DNA of 63,335 nt, filler included, from Chiloscyllium plagiosum (taxonomy: Eukaryota): NCBI RefSeq assembly GCF_004010195.1. It is 4 parts of 2 records of this genome, joined end to end, with 100 filler letters (N's around TTAATTAATTAA, not from the genome) between each part and the next. Parts side by side here need not be neighbours in the genome. Positions count along the whole stretch, not along the records: positions 28,184 to 40,391 come from NC_057711.1; positions 40,492 to 61,647 come from NC_057711.1; 2 more parts are not named here. One strand, given 5' to 3'. This document shows, in pieces, positions 37,035-49,900 of the stretch. Position numbers and translations under genes: made by a program. Position 1 is the first letter of the stretch. The number at the start of each line of letters is the position of its first letter. The notes under the pieces were generated by a model that was not told the origin of the DNA, did not search any database, and saw only the letters and a list, made by a program, of their open reading frames with translations.

Positions 37035-37320
37035 CTGCCACTGAGAAGGTGGTGGCAAGTATTACAATTTTGTCAACATTTCAGAAACAGCCTTCACTCA
37101 GGGATGAGTAAACCGGATTTTTTTAATGACAATCTGGCAGTTTCATGGTCATCATTAACATCCAAATCATCATTAACACTACTTTTCAAAAATTGCAAAT
37201 GTGTTTATTGAGTTGAATTCAAATTCTGAGCTGCCTTTGCGTGATTCAAACGTGTATCTCCAAACTATCAATTTAGAAATCATAATAATCAGTTCAGTAA
37301 CATAACTACTATGTTACCAA
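37035..37320 (-). mobile_element. Old tRNA-headed SINE sharing head and tail with the LINE at 42015-46292
   Basis: Minus strand gtttgaatcac (B-box-like), taatgatgaccatgaaac (cf. 42145) and ccaccaccttctca (cf. 46252). Confidence 0.55.
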
Positions 37321-37824
37321 TTTTATGACCAAATTTAATTGCACTACTGATAGAGGTTCTCAAGTTGACCATCTAAATTAGATTTATCTCACTGAGTAAA
37401 TGAATTGTTGGGAACTTCGCTATCAATGTAACACTACTTCCTTGGAGAATGTGTGGAGTATCAACAACAGAAATACAAATAATGTATGAATGAAACAAAA
37501 TTAAATACTTCCAAAAGCAAATAATCAAGTTGACTCATTCTATTTGCATGTGCATCTTTTTGGATTATTTATTATAGGTATATTTTCCTAATTCCTTCAA
37601 AGATGTGCAACTTTTACATACACACTGTCTTCAAACCAACTGACGATATAGGCATCTTCATAAATTCATGTTGTGTGGAGTTGGGTAAACCTTTTCCACT
37701 CTACTATTTGTAAGGCTTTCTTACCATAGTTAGCTTTAGTTCTTCACCTGCAAGAAAAGGGTTGAAATCTTGAGTTCACCCAAAACAGTTTTGCTCATAT
37801 CCTGATTTGCACCAAATCTCATTT

Positions 37825-38550
37825 CACATAGAATTATTACAGAGGAGGAGGAGGCTATTTGGCCCATTATGCCTCCACCAGCTTTATTATCTAGTGCAAA
37901 TCTACTACTTTTTCCCCATATCCTTACACACGATTCCGATCCAAATAATTACATAATATCCTCTTGACTGCCTTCACTGAACCAGCCTCCATACATACTC
38001 AGGCAATACATTTCACATCCTAACAACTCATTTGCTTCATTTGTACATCATTTTGCCATCTTGTTCTTGTTTCTTTCATAAGTTGAAACAACTTCACCCT
38101 GATCAGCCCAATCATGATTTTGAAAATCTCTATCAAATCTCAGCCCAACATCTTCAATCTATCTTCAGAGCTGAAGTTTCTCATCCTTAGAACTATTCTA
38201 ACAAATTGCATCTTCACTCCCTCCCATTACATTCATATCTTTCTGATAATGTGGCATCCACAACTAAACACAATACTCCAGCTGAGGTCAAACAAGTATG
38301 TTGTACAAATTCAACATTCCCTCCATGTTGTTGTATTCCATGTCCCTATTAATAAAGCCAGAACACTTGTATGCTTTATTTACTTCTCCTCTACCTGTCC
38401 AACCACCATCAATAACCTGTGCATACCAATACCCAGGTCCCTCTGTTCCTGCCCCTCTTTTAGAATTATACCCCATATTTTATTTTGTCTTTCAGTGTTC
38501 TTCCAAGTAAAGTACATCACCTCTATATTTCATATTCTGAATCACATCTG
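37825..38550 (-). mobile_element. Old CR1 3' fragment
   Basis: Minus-strand KAYKCSGFINRDMEY, LEYCV motif and CR1-type 3' UTR. Confidence 0.75.
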
Positions 38551-38936
38551 ACATTTATCTTTATTTTTCTTGCTTTGTGCTGTTGCATGTCATTCTCCAA
38601 CACCTTCCTGCACCTTACTATACAATGATCACTGCCTCCTAAATGTTTCCCCACTGTTACTTGATCCACTTAGCCTGCCTCGCTTTCAAAGACCAGGTCC
38701 AACAACGCACCCTTCCTTGTTCCATTGGGCACATTGGAAACTCTCCCTAACACAATCCAGGAACATTTCCCCCTCACTGGCCATTACACTACCAATATCC
38801 CAGTACATAGACTTGAGGTAACCCAGATAACTGTTCTATAGTGTAACATTTCTTTGTAATTTTCCAGCAGATTTGATGCTTCACATTTTTTTTTGGTGGT
38901 CTGTAGATTATGCCTAGCAACGAACATGCACCTTTT

Positions 38937-39255
38937 TTAGATTATATTAGATTCCCTATAGTGTGGAAACAGACCTTTTGGCCCAATAAGTCCACATCGA
39001 CCCTCTGAAGAGTAACCCACCCAGACCCATTTCCCTCTGACTAATGCACCTAACACTATGGGCAATTTAGCATGGCCAATTCACCTGACCAACACATCTT
39101 TGGATTATGGGAGGAAACCGAAGCACCTGGAGGAAATCCATGCAGACAAGGGGAGAATGTGCAAAAACTCCACACAGACAGCTGCCCAAGGTGAATCAAA
39201 CCTGGGTCCCTAGTATTGTGAGGCAGCAGTGCTAACCACTGAGCCACTGTGCCGC
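38937..39255 (-). mobile_element. HE1-type SINE
   Basis: Minus-strand tggctcagtggttagcactgctgcc head and conserved body. Confidence 0.9.
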
Positions 39256-39284
39256 TCCTTTTTATTTTATAGTTCTAGCCAAAT

Positions 39285-40154
39285 TGACTGGGACCTTGGG
39301 TGGAAATTAGATATTCAAAGAAGAAAAAGTCAGTGATAGGTGTAGTGTCTCAGCCACCAAATGATAATATCACATTGGGTCAAGCAATAAACAAAGAAAT
39401 AACTAATGAAGAGAAAGTGAGGACTGCAGGTGCTGGAGATCGGAGTCAAGAGTGTGGTGCTGGAAACGCACAGCGGATCAGACAGCATTCAAATAGCAGG
39501 AGAATTGATGTTTCGGGCATAGGCCCTTCCTCAGGGCTTATGCCCGAAACGTTGACTGTCTTGCTCCTCGGATGCTGCCTGACCTGCTGTGCATTTCCAG
39601 CACCACACTCTCGACAAAGGAATAACAAATGTCTGTAAAAATGGTACAGCAATTAACATGGGGATTTTAATCTACATGTCAATTGGTCGAACCAGCCTGG
39701 TCAGGGTAGCCATGAGGAAGAGTTCATTGAATGTATCTGCGATAGTTTTCTTGAACAGTATGTAATGGAACCAACAAGGGAGCAAGCTAAGTACATCTGA
39801 TCCTGTGTGATGAGACAAGAATAATTAATGATGTCATAGTTAGTGATCCTCTTGGATGTATGGTTGAATTTACAATACCGATGGAAAGTATTAAGGTAAA
39901 ATCCAATACTAGGGTCCTGTGCTTAAACAAAGGAGACAACAATAGCATGAGGGAGAAGTTGTTTAAAGAAAACTGGAAGGAGTGATTTTATGGTGGGACA
40001 GTTGACGAACAGTGGAGGACTTTCAAAGTAATTTTTCAAAGTGCTCAACAAAAGTTCATACCAGTGAAAAAGAAGGATGGTAGGAAAGGGGGATAATCTG
40101 CCATGGGTATCTTAGGAAATAAGGGAAGCTATCAGATTGTAAGAGAAGGAATAT
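39285..40154 (+). mobile_element. CR1 ORF2 APE-region fragment
   Basis: WVEIR..VIGVV..PPN and MGDFNLH; interrupted by the fold-back element. Confidence 0.8.
39409..39615. mobile_element. Fold-back HHR mini-element with ~18-bp TSD
   Basis: Minus arm 39409-~39533 joined to plus arm ~39533-39615 at HHR stem II; acaaagaaataactaatg (39391) vs acaaaggaataacaaatg (39614), 16/18. Confidence 0.85.
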
Positions 40155-40391
40155 AAAATGCTGGAAATGTGTTGCTGGAAAAGCGCAGCAGGTCAGGCAG
40201 CATCCAGGGAAAAGGAGAATCGACGTTTCGGGCATAAGTCCTTCTTCAGGAATGAGGAAAGTGTGTCCAGCAGGCTAAGATAAAAGGTAGGGAGGAGGGA
40301 CTTGGGGGAGGGGCGTCGGAAATGTGATAGGTGGAAAGAGGTCAAGGTGAGGGTGATAGGTCAGACGGGGGTGGGGGCGGAGAGGTCGGGA
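40155..40391 (-). mobile_element. PLE terminal repeat with HHR
   Basis: Minus strand cattcctgaaga-aggacttatgccc-gaaacgtcgattc at ~40217-40255. Confidence 0.85.
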
Positions 40392-40491
40392 NNNNNNNNN
40401 NNNNNNNNNNNNNNNNNNNNNNNNNNNNNNNNNNNTTAATTAATTAANNNNNNNNNNNNNNNNNNNNNNNNNNNNNNNNNNNNNNNNNNNN
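40392..40491. other. Artificial gap/linker
   Basis: N44-TTAATTAATTAA-N44. Confidence 0.97.
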
Positions 40492-41205
40492 TCCTAACAT
40501 CCTCCTCACATTTCACCCTGTCATCCAGCTTAGTATCATCAGCAAATTTGCTAATGTTAATACTAATACCATCTTCTATATCATTAATATATAATGTAAA
40601 AAGCTGTAGTCCCAGCACTGATCCCTGCGGTACCCTACTGGTCACTGCCTGCCATTCCGAAATGGAGCCATTTATCACTACTCTTTATTTCCTGTCAGCG
40701 AACCAACTTTCAATCCAAGTTAGTACTTTGCCCCCAATACCATGCGCCCTAATTTTGCTCACTAACCTCCTATGTAGGACTTGATTAAATGCTTTCTGAA
40801 AGTCCAGGTACACTACATCTACTGGATTTCCCTCGTCCATCTTCAGAGTTACATCCTCATAAAATTCCAGAAGATTAGTCAAGCATGATTTCCCCTCCAT
40901 AAATCCATGCTGACTCTGACCTATCCTGTTACTTCTATCCAGATGTGTCATAATTTAATCTTTTATAATAGACTCCAGCATCTTTCCCACCACTGAGGGC
41001 AGACTAACTGGTCTATAATTTCCTGCTTTTCTCCCACCTTTCTTAAAAAGTGGTACAACATTAGCAACCCTCCAATCCACAGGAACTGATCCCGAATATA
41101 TCGAACTCTGGAAAATAATCACCAACGCATCCATGATTTCTCGAGTCACCTCCTTCAGTACCCTGGGATGTAGAGCCACCTCCTTCAGTACTCTGGGATG
41201 TAGAG
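40492..41205 (-). mobile_element. CR1 LINE RT fragment
   Basis: LHPRVLKE, GNYRPVSL, SQHGFM, LDFQKAF, VPQGSVLG, KFADDTK. Confidence 0.93.
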
Positions 41206-44145
41206 GTTTTGATCAATCACACCACAGAACACATTGCTCAGGCCCCTGAATGATTCAACCCAATGGGTTCATGTTGTGGCTCTCTACTGTTCTGTATGGA
41301 CAAGTGTTTCTGTTTCATCGCTTTGTCCTTTTGTGTGTAACCCATCTATTTAATCAGTTTATTTAGTACAGTTCTGTAAAATCTTAAGTGCTAATAATTT
41401 GCATTTCTGTAATTCTTATGATTATTTTCAAGAGTTTGTGCTAGAAATAGATCCAGCCCACATCACCATTGGAACTTTCTGCTATTGCCCGTAACTGCAG
41501 ACTACTAACCCAGTTCCAACAGTGAAACTGCATGTTTAGGGTGTAACAATACAAACTGGCAAATTTTGAAAAGTCGTGAAATAGTATTTTTCAGTCACTT
41601 AGGAACTGACTATCGTATCTCAATCTGACTGGAATATGCTTTTGTATCTTTTAGGAAAAGTTATTTTCAGCAACTCAAAATCAGATTACTCAGAAATGAC
41701 ATGATTTAAAGTGCTTAATTTTTTTTGTGATTGCCCTATTTTCAGCTACATCAATCAAACCTCAACCATTCTTAAATATATCCAGAAACACTTTTAAGGA
41801 ATACTTTTGGACAAAAAATCTTGTGCTTGCCAAGGACTGTGAAGAAGCTCTTTTCAAAATCGTTGCAATTTTGACTGCTATTATGCCAGAATCACTGAGT
41901 ATAAAGCAAGAACTCGACCCCTAAATGTTTGCTATGCCCTAACACATAGAATGGCTTGGTCAATAAGGCCTGTGTTGTTGTTCTACTGAACTGAAATACT
42001 GATTCTGCTGAATCAGGGAGGAAATGGTTCAGTAATATTATTGCTAGACTATTAATCCAGAGATCCAGGTAATGATCCAGTGACCTGGTTCAAATCCCAC
42101 AATAGCAGTATTTGATTTTGATAATTATCTGGAATTAAGAAATCTAATGATAACCATGAAACTACTGCTGATGGATTCTGATACTCTTCAGGGAAGAAAA
42201 TCTGCCACCCTTACTCAGTTTGGCCTACATTTGACTCCAGACCCACAACAAGGTGGTTGAATCTCGATTCTCTTCTGAAATGGCCTAGCAGTCCATTCAG
42301 ATGTAACAACTACTACAAATTTGGATGAACCACCTGGAAGCGACCTAGGTACTGGAAATGACAATGGCAGAAATAGCCCTGCTGAATCTGAAAAATCCGC
42401 CTTCTCAATGTCTGGGAGATAGTGCCAAAATTGGGAGACCTACCAAACAGACTACTCAGGCAACAACCTGACATTGTCATATCCAAAGAATCATACCTTA
42501 CAATGCCCCACATTGCCATTGCAGTCCTTGATGGTGATTCTAAAGTTTCAGCTCAAACATAGGTAAGGAAGTGTCATACTGATTACCATGTACCTTCCTT
42601 CCTCAACTGATGAAGCAGTGCTTCACCAAAGTTTGGTCAGCTTGGAGGAAGCAATGTGGGTGACAAGGGTGCAGAATGTACTGAATTTGGGGGACTTCCA
42701 ATGGCCACAACCAAAAGTGGCTCTGCACAAGAAATGATTGAGCTGGTCAAATACTAAAGGACATTGCTGCAAGCCTGAGTCTGATGCAGGTGATGAAGGA
42801 ACCATCAAGAGGGAAAAACATACTTGGCCTCATCTTCACCAATCTGCCTGCCACAAATTAATTTGTTCATGACAGTATGGGTAAGAATTACCACAGCACA
42901 GTCCTTGTAGGGATGCAGTCCCACTTCACATTGATAATACCTTACATCATGCTGGGTGGCGCTGTCACTGTGCTAATTGGGATAGACGTCGAACAGATTT
43001 AGTAACTCAACAAGGAGCATCCACGAGTTGCTGTGGACCATCAAAAACAACAGAATCATACTCAAACACAATCTGCAACCTCATGGTGTGGCTTATTCCC
43101 CACTCTATCATTATGGTCAAGCCAGGGGATCAACACTAGTTCAATGAAGAGTGCAGGAGGACATGCCAGAACAGCAACAAACAGATCTTAAAGTGAGGTA
43201 TCAAGCTGGTCAAGATTCAAAACAGGACTAATGATGTGCCAAAGAGCATGAGCAGCAAATGATAGACAGGGCTATGTGATTCCACAACCAATTGATCAGA
43301 TCTAACCTCTGTAGTCCTGCTGCATACTGTTATCAATGGTGGTGAGTTATTAAACAACTCAGTGAAACAGGAGACTCCACAAGTATCCCCGTCCTCAAAA
43401 ATGGGAGAGCCCCGAATGTCAGTGATAAGCTTGAAGATGAAAGCGTTCACTGCAATCTTCAAAAGAAGTGTTGAGTGGATGATTCATTTCAGCCTCCTCC
43501 ATGCATCATATGGTCCCCTGCATTATAGATGCCAGTCTTCAGCCAATTTGATTGAGTCCACATGATATGGCTGGAGGCACTGGATACTGAAAGGCAGTGG
43601 GCCTTGACAATGTTCTGACTATAATACTGAAAACTTGTGCTCCAGACCTTGCAGTGCCTCTCGCCAAGCTCTTTCATTATAGTTACACTTGCATCTGCAT
43701 TGGAAGATTGCCCAGATATGGCCTATACACAAAAATCAGGGTAAATCCTATTAGACTATTTACTGCCCCGTCACCGTCTCAATCATCAGTAAAGTGATGG
43801 AAGGTGTCCTGTACAGTATCATGAAACAGCACCTACTCAGCAATAACCAATGATGTCCAGTTTGGGTTTCACCAGGGCCATTCGGCTCTCAACCTCAATG
43901 CAGCCTTGGTTCAAACATAGACTCCAGAAGTGAATTAAGATTGACTGCTCCTAACATCAAGTCTGCACTTTACTGAGTGTGGCATCATGGGGCACAAAGA
44001 AAACTGGAATCATTGGGAATCGAAGGAAACTCTCCACTGGTTGGAGTGATACTTGGTACATAGGAAAATGGTCTTGGTTGGTGGAAGTAGGTCATCTAAG
44101 TGACAGGACAACTCTGCAGGAGTTCCTATAAACAATATACATTTA

Positions 44146-44435
44146 GGGGCAGCACAGTGGCTCAGTGGTTAGCATTGCCTCACAGCACCAGGTACCTAGG
44201 CTCAATTCCAGCCTCGGGTGACTGTGTGGAGTTTGCACATTCTTCCCGTGTCTGTGTGGGTTTCCTCTGGGTGCTCCGGTTTCCTCCCACAGTCCAAAGA
44301 TGTGCGGGTCAGGTGAATTGGCCATTCTAAATTGCCTTTTCTGTTAGGTGCTTTAGTCAGAGGGAAATGGTTCTGGGTGGGTTTCTCTTCAGAGGGTCAG
44401 TGTGGACTTGTTGGACCGAAGGGTCCATTTCCAAT
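44146..44435 (+). mobile_element. HE1-type SINE
   Basis: tggctcagtggttagc A box and conserved body. Confidence 0.9.
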
Positions 44436-44459
44436 CTACATTGGAATGTGAAGGGAATG

Positions 44460-45355
44460 TTAAGGAAGATGGTGGATCACAGGTGGTTGACAGTGAAGAG
44501 GACGGTGTAAGGGAATAGGACATAAACAGATTAGTCAGATTGGCAGGGCAGTGGCAGATGGAATTTAATCCTGATAAGTGTGAGATAAAGCACTTTAAAA
44601 GGACTGTTAAGACAAGTGTGTATGCAATGAGTCATAGGACAATAGGAAGCTCACAGAAACAGAGGGAGATTGGGCTGCTAGTCCACAAATTCCTGAAGGT
44701 GGCAGGTCAGGTTCTTAGGGTAGTTAAGAAGATCAAGAAGACACTTGTCTTTATCAATCGAGGCATTGAATAGAAGAGCAAATGGGTTATGTTGGAATTG
44801 TACAGAACTTTGGTTTTGCCACAGCTGGAGTACTGTGTGTAGCTCTGGTCACCATACTGAAGGAAAGATGTGATTGTACTGGAGGAGGTGTAGAGGAGAT
44901 TCACCAGGATGTTGCCTGGGATAGAGCAATTTAGCTATGAAGAGAGACTGGATAAACTTGTGTTATTTTCTTTGGAGCAGGAAAGTTTGAGGGGCTCCTG
45001 GTAGAGATGCGTAAGTTTTTTAAGGACTTGGACAGGAGGGAAAGAATCAGATGTTCCTCTTGGTTAAAGGATCAAAATCAAGGTTCACACTTTTTCAGGT
45101 GAAAGGTAGGAGGTGAAGAGGGGATTTCTACCCAGAGAATGATAGAAATCTGAAATGCATTACCTCGGAGGGTAGTTGAGGTAGGAAAACTCATAACCAT
45201 TAAAATGTGCTTGAATGAGCACTTGAAATATTATAGCATTCAAAGCCATGGCCCTCGTGTTGGAAAGTGGGACAAGTGAACATTTAGTGTAGTTTTGGCA
45301 GTACTGACACAATAGGCTAAAGTGCCTTTTCTGTACTGCCTGTCTTGGTTCTATG
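44460..45355 (+). mobile_element. CR1 3' fragment nested in the older LINE
   Basis: WQMEFNPDKCE, LEYCV, RRFTRMLPG. Confidence 0.85.
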
Positions 45356-46295
45356 AGAGCAGTGCCGAGGCCCAGCAATGTTCAGCTGCTTCATCAATGA
45401 CCTTCCCTCTATCATAAGTTCAGAAGCGGAGATGTTCACTGATGACTGAGGTGACCAGCAGTCCATGGTCAAATGTAGCAAGACCTGCACAGCATCAAGG
45501 CCTAGGCTGAAAAGTAGATAAGCAGAAAGCTATGTTCTTCCAGCTCCTGCTTTCCACCTTAGTTTCAAGCATCTGCATTTTTTTTGTCTCTAACTTAGGT
45601 TGAAAAGTGGCCAGCAACATTCATACCACACAAATGCAAGGCAATAACCATCTCCAATTAGCGATCACCTAACCACCATCCCTAACTTTCAATAACCATC
45701 ATTATTAACATTCTCAGGTTTACTATTGACCTGAAAGTAAACAGGTCTAGCCATGTAAATATAGTGATGACAGAAATAGGTCAGAAGCTAGGAACACTGC
45801 AGTGAGTATCTCACCTCCTGACTCCGCAATATCCATCTACCATCTGCAAGGCACAAGTCAGGAGTACAATTTAATATTCACCACTGGCCTGGATTAGTGC
45901 AGGTCTAACAATACTCAAAAATCTTAAAATTATCCAGGGCAAAGCAGCCTGCTAGATTGGCACCACTTCTACAAATATCCTTTCCGTTCACCAATGTGGT
46001 TCAGTAGCAGCAGCGAGTACTATCTACAAGATGCCTGCAGAAATTCACCAAAGATCTTTAGGCAGACCCTTCCAAACCCATGACCACTTCCATCTAGAAG
46101 GAGAAGGGCAGCAGATAGCCTGTAAACCATTCAAACTCCTGACTTGCAAATATATGGCCTTTCTTTCAGTGCTGTTGGGTCAAAATCCTGCCAAAGGGCA
46201 TTGTGAGTCTACCTATAATACATGAACCGCAATGTTTCAAGAAGGTAACTCACCATCACCTTCTCAAGGACAATTAGCGACAGGCAATAAAACCA

Positions 46296-46775
46296 GAACA
46301 TTATAACAAATAGGAACAAGAGTAGACCATCGGACCCTTTGAGCCTGCTCCGCCATTCAATAGGACTACAGCTGATCTGACATTCCTTACGTCCACTTTC
46401 CTGAATTTTCTATGTAACCCTTGATTTCCATTCTAATCAAGAATTTATCTACATCAACCTTAACCACGCAAAGGACTCAGCCTCCAAAAGTAATCTGCAG
46501 CGATGAATTCCAAGGACTCACAATTCTCTGAGACAAGAAATTCCTCATCGTCTCAGTCTTAAATTGGCTTCCCTTTATTCTGAGACTATCCCCACTCATC
46601 CTAGACTCTCCATGAGGGGAAACATCCTCCCAAACTTTACTCAAATTTCTCAATTATCCAATATGATTCCATGAGATCAGCGCTCGTTCTTCTAAATTCC
46701 AGTGAGTATTATCCCAACCTGTTAGCCTTTGCTTATAAGACAATCTCTTTATAAGAGGGATCAACCTTGTGAAAT
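46296..46775 (-). mobile_element. CR1 3' end fragment
   Basis: Typical CR1 3' UTR (gagcctgctccgccattcaata) and RT C-terminus on the minus strand. Confidence 0.75.
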
Positions 46776-46777
46776 TA

Positions 46778-46850
46778 AATTAGATTACTTACAGCGTGGA
46801 AACAGGCCTTTCGGCCCAACAAGTCCACACCGATCCTCTGAAGAGCAACC
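46778..46850 (-). mobile_element. HE1 SINE 3' tail fragment
   Basis: tagattacttacagcgtggaaacaggcctttcggcccaacaagtccacac. Confidence 0.8.
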
Positions 46851-46984
46851 CAGTAGTGGAATTATGAGCCATTCTGTGGGAGATAGTCATGGTGAGACAA
46901 ACTAATTTTTTTTCAATGAAAATTAAAGTGTAACATTTCAAATAGGTCACTGTTGAAGGTTAGAACTGGAGGCCAGAGTAAACA

Positions 46985-49900
46985 TATTAAACAAATAGGC
47001 AGGATGAACACGTGGCTTGAGGGATGTGTAGGAGGGAGGTGTTCAGATTTGTTGGACCTTGGGACCGGTTCTGGGGAAGGTGGGACTATTACAAAATGGA
47101 TGGTCTACATCTGAACCAGATCAGAACTAATGTTCTTGGGAGGGTTTTTGTTACTGCTGTTGGGGAGGTTTTAAACTAATGTGGCAGGGGACGGGGAACC
47201 AGAAGGGAAAATAAGTAGGCAGTGAGGTGGAGACTGGAGACTGTAAGAATCATGAAGATAGCATTAATAAAGGGAAGAGAGGCAGAGAGCAGATGAGCGC
47301 AAAAGAACTGGTGGGCTGAAATGCATCTACTTTAATGCAAGGAGTATAGTGTGTAAGGCAGAAGAATCTAGGGCTTGGATTGATGCCTGGGAGAATGACA
47401 TTATTGCAATCACAAAAGACTTGGTTGAAGGAAGGATATGATGATTGGCAACTAAATATTCCAGGGTATAGACACTTCAGATAGAACAGGGAGGGAAGTA
47501 AAACGGGGGATGGGATTACATTGCCAGTGAGGGATGATATCATAGCTGTGCTAAAGGAGGACAATATAGAGGTCTTCGGTAGTGAGGCATTATGGGTGGA
47601 GTTGAGAAATAAAAAGGGTGCAGTTACATTGTTGGGGCTGTATTCCAGGCCTCCCAACAGTGAGTGTGAGGTAGAAGTACAAATAGGTAAACAGGTTATG
47701 GAAAGATATAGAGTTAATAGGGTAGTGATGATGGGAAATTTTAATTTTCCCAACATTGACTGGGATACACTTAGCGTCAGAGGCATGGATGGGGTAGAAT
47801 TTGTAAGAAATGTAAGTATGTCAATAGTCCGATGAGGGAAGAGGTCATATTGGACCTGGTACTGGGGAACGAGCCAGGACAGGTGGTAGAAGTTGCGGTG
47901 GGGGATTTCTTTGGGAACAGTGACCTCAATTCTGTAAGTTTTAGAATACTCGTAGATGAAGATGACAGTGGTCCTAAGGGAAGAGTACTAAACTGGGCCA
48001 AGGTCAATTATATCAAAATTAGGCAGGACTCGGAAATATGGATTGGACTCAGCTATTTGAAGGGAAGTCCACATTTGGTATGTGGGAGGCTTTCAAAGAT
48101 AGGTTAAAGATAGTGCAGGATAGTCATGTCCCGTTGAAGGCAAAGGATAGGAAGGGCAAGATTTGTGAACTGTGGATGACAGGAGAAATCGTAGGACTAG
48201 CCAAGAGGAAAAGGGAAGCATACATAAGGTCCAGGCAGCTAAGAACAGAATGGGCCCTGGAGGAATATCGGAAGAGTAGGACAAGTCTTAAACGAGGAAT
48301 CAAGCGGTCTAAAAGGGTTCATGAGATAACTTTAGTGAGCAGAGTTAAGGAGAATCCCAAAGCATTTAATTCTTATATTAGAAGCAAGAGGATAACTAGA
48401 GAAAGGATTGGTCCACTAAAGGATAATGAAGGAAGGCTATGTGTCGAACCTGAGAGAATGGGTGAGATTCTGAATGATTACTTTGCATCAGTGTTCATTG
48501 AAGAGAGGAACATGATGAATCTTGAGATTAGAGATAGAAGTTTGATTAGTCTGGATCACGTTGACATAAGTAGAGAACTTGTGTTGGGTAGGCTAGAGGA
48601 TGTTAAGGTGGACAAATCCACAGGACCAGATGGGATCTATCTCAGGTTGCTGAGGGAGGCGAGTGAAGAAATAGCTGGGGTCCTGACAGATATCTTTGTG
48701 GCATCCTTAAATACAGGTGAGGTGCCGGAGGACTGGAAGGTTGTTCATGTTGTCCCCCTGTACAAGAAGGGTAGTAGGGATATTCTGGGTAACTACAGAT
48801 GAGTAAGCCTGACGTCGGTGGTGGGAAATTGCTGGAGCGTGTTCTGAGGGATAGGATCTATTTATATTTAGAAAAGAATGGGCTTATCAGTGATAGGCAA
48901 CATGGTTTTGTGCGGGGGAAATCGTGCCTTATCAACTTAATACAGTTCTTCGAGGAAGTGACCAAGTTGATAGATGAAGGAAGGGCTATTGATGTCATAT
49001 ACATGGACTTTAGTAAGGCGTTTGATAAGATTCCCCATGGTAGACTAATGGAGAAAGTGAAGTCACATGGTATGTAGGGTGTTCTAGCTAGGTGGATAAA
49101 GAACTGGTTGAGCAACAGGAGACAGAGAGTAGTAGTTGAAGGGAGTTTCTCGAAATGGCGAAAGGTGGCCAGTAGTGTTCCACAGGGGTCAGTGTTGGAG
49201 CCACTGTTGTTTGTGATATACATAAGTGATCTGGAAGAGAGCACTGTTGGTATGATCATCAAAAGTTTGCAGATGACACAAAGATTTTTGGAGTAGCAGA
49301 AAGGATAAGGGATTGTCAAAGCATACAGGAGAATATAGATAGACTGGAGAGGTGGGTGGAAAAGTGGCAGATGGATTTCAATCCAGACAAATGTGAGGTG
49401 ATGCATTTAGACAAGACTAATTCTAGAGCGAATTATACAATGAACAGAAAAGCCTCGGGAAAAGTTGATGAGCAGAGAGAGATCTGGGAGTGCAGGTCCA
49501 TTGTACCCTGAAGGTTGCAGCACAGGCGTTTAGAGTGGTCAAGAAGGCATATAGTATGCTTGCCTTCATTGGACTGCGTATTGAGTATAGGAGCTGGCAA
49601 GTCATGTTAAAATTGTACACAACGTTGGTTCGGTCGCATTTAGAATATTGCGTACAGTTCTGGTCGCCACATTACCAAAAGGATGTGGATGCTTTGGAGT
49701 GGGTGCAGAGAAGGTTTCCGAGGATGTTGCCTGGTATGGAAGATGCTAGCTATGAAGAGAGGTTGAGTATGTTAGGTTTGTTTTCATTAGAAAAAAGGAG
49801 TTTGAGGGGGGATCTGATTGAGATTTACAAAAAATGAAGTGTATATAGACAGGGTGGATAATGACAAGCTTTTTCACAGGGTGAAGGATTCAATAACGAG

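Larger units (their letters stand above)
42015..46292 (+). mobile_element. Old CR1-like LINE with tRNA-like head and a single APE-RT ORF; split by nested insertions at ~44130-45355 and ~45516-45608
   Basis: Head with ggttcaaatccc; NVWEIVPKLGDL..RLLRQQPDIVISKESYL; GDF; PDLAVPLAKLF; QFGFHQG; SAGVP|..SxPS..FINDLP; tail caccttctcaaggacaattagcgacaggcaataaa. Confidence 0.8.
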
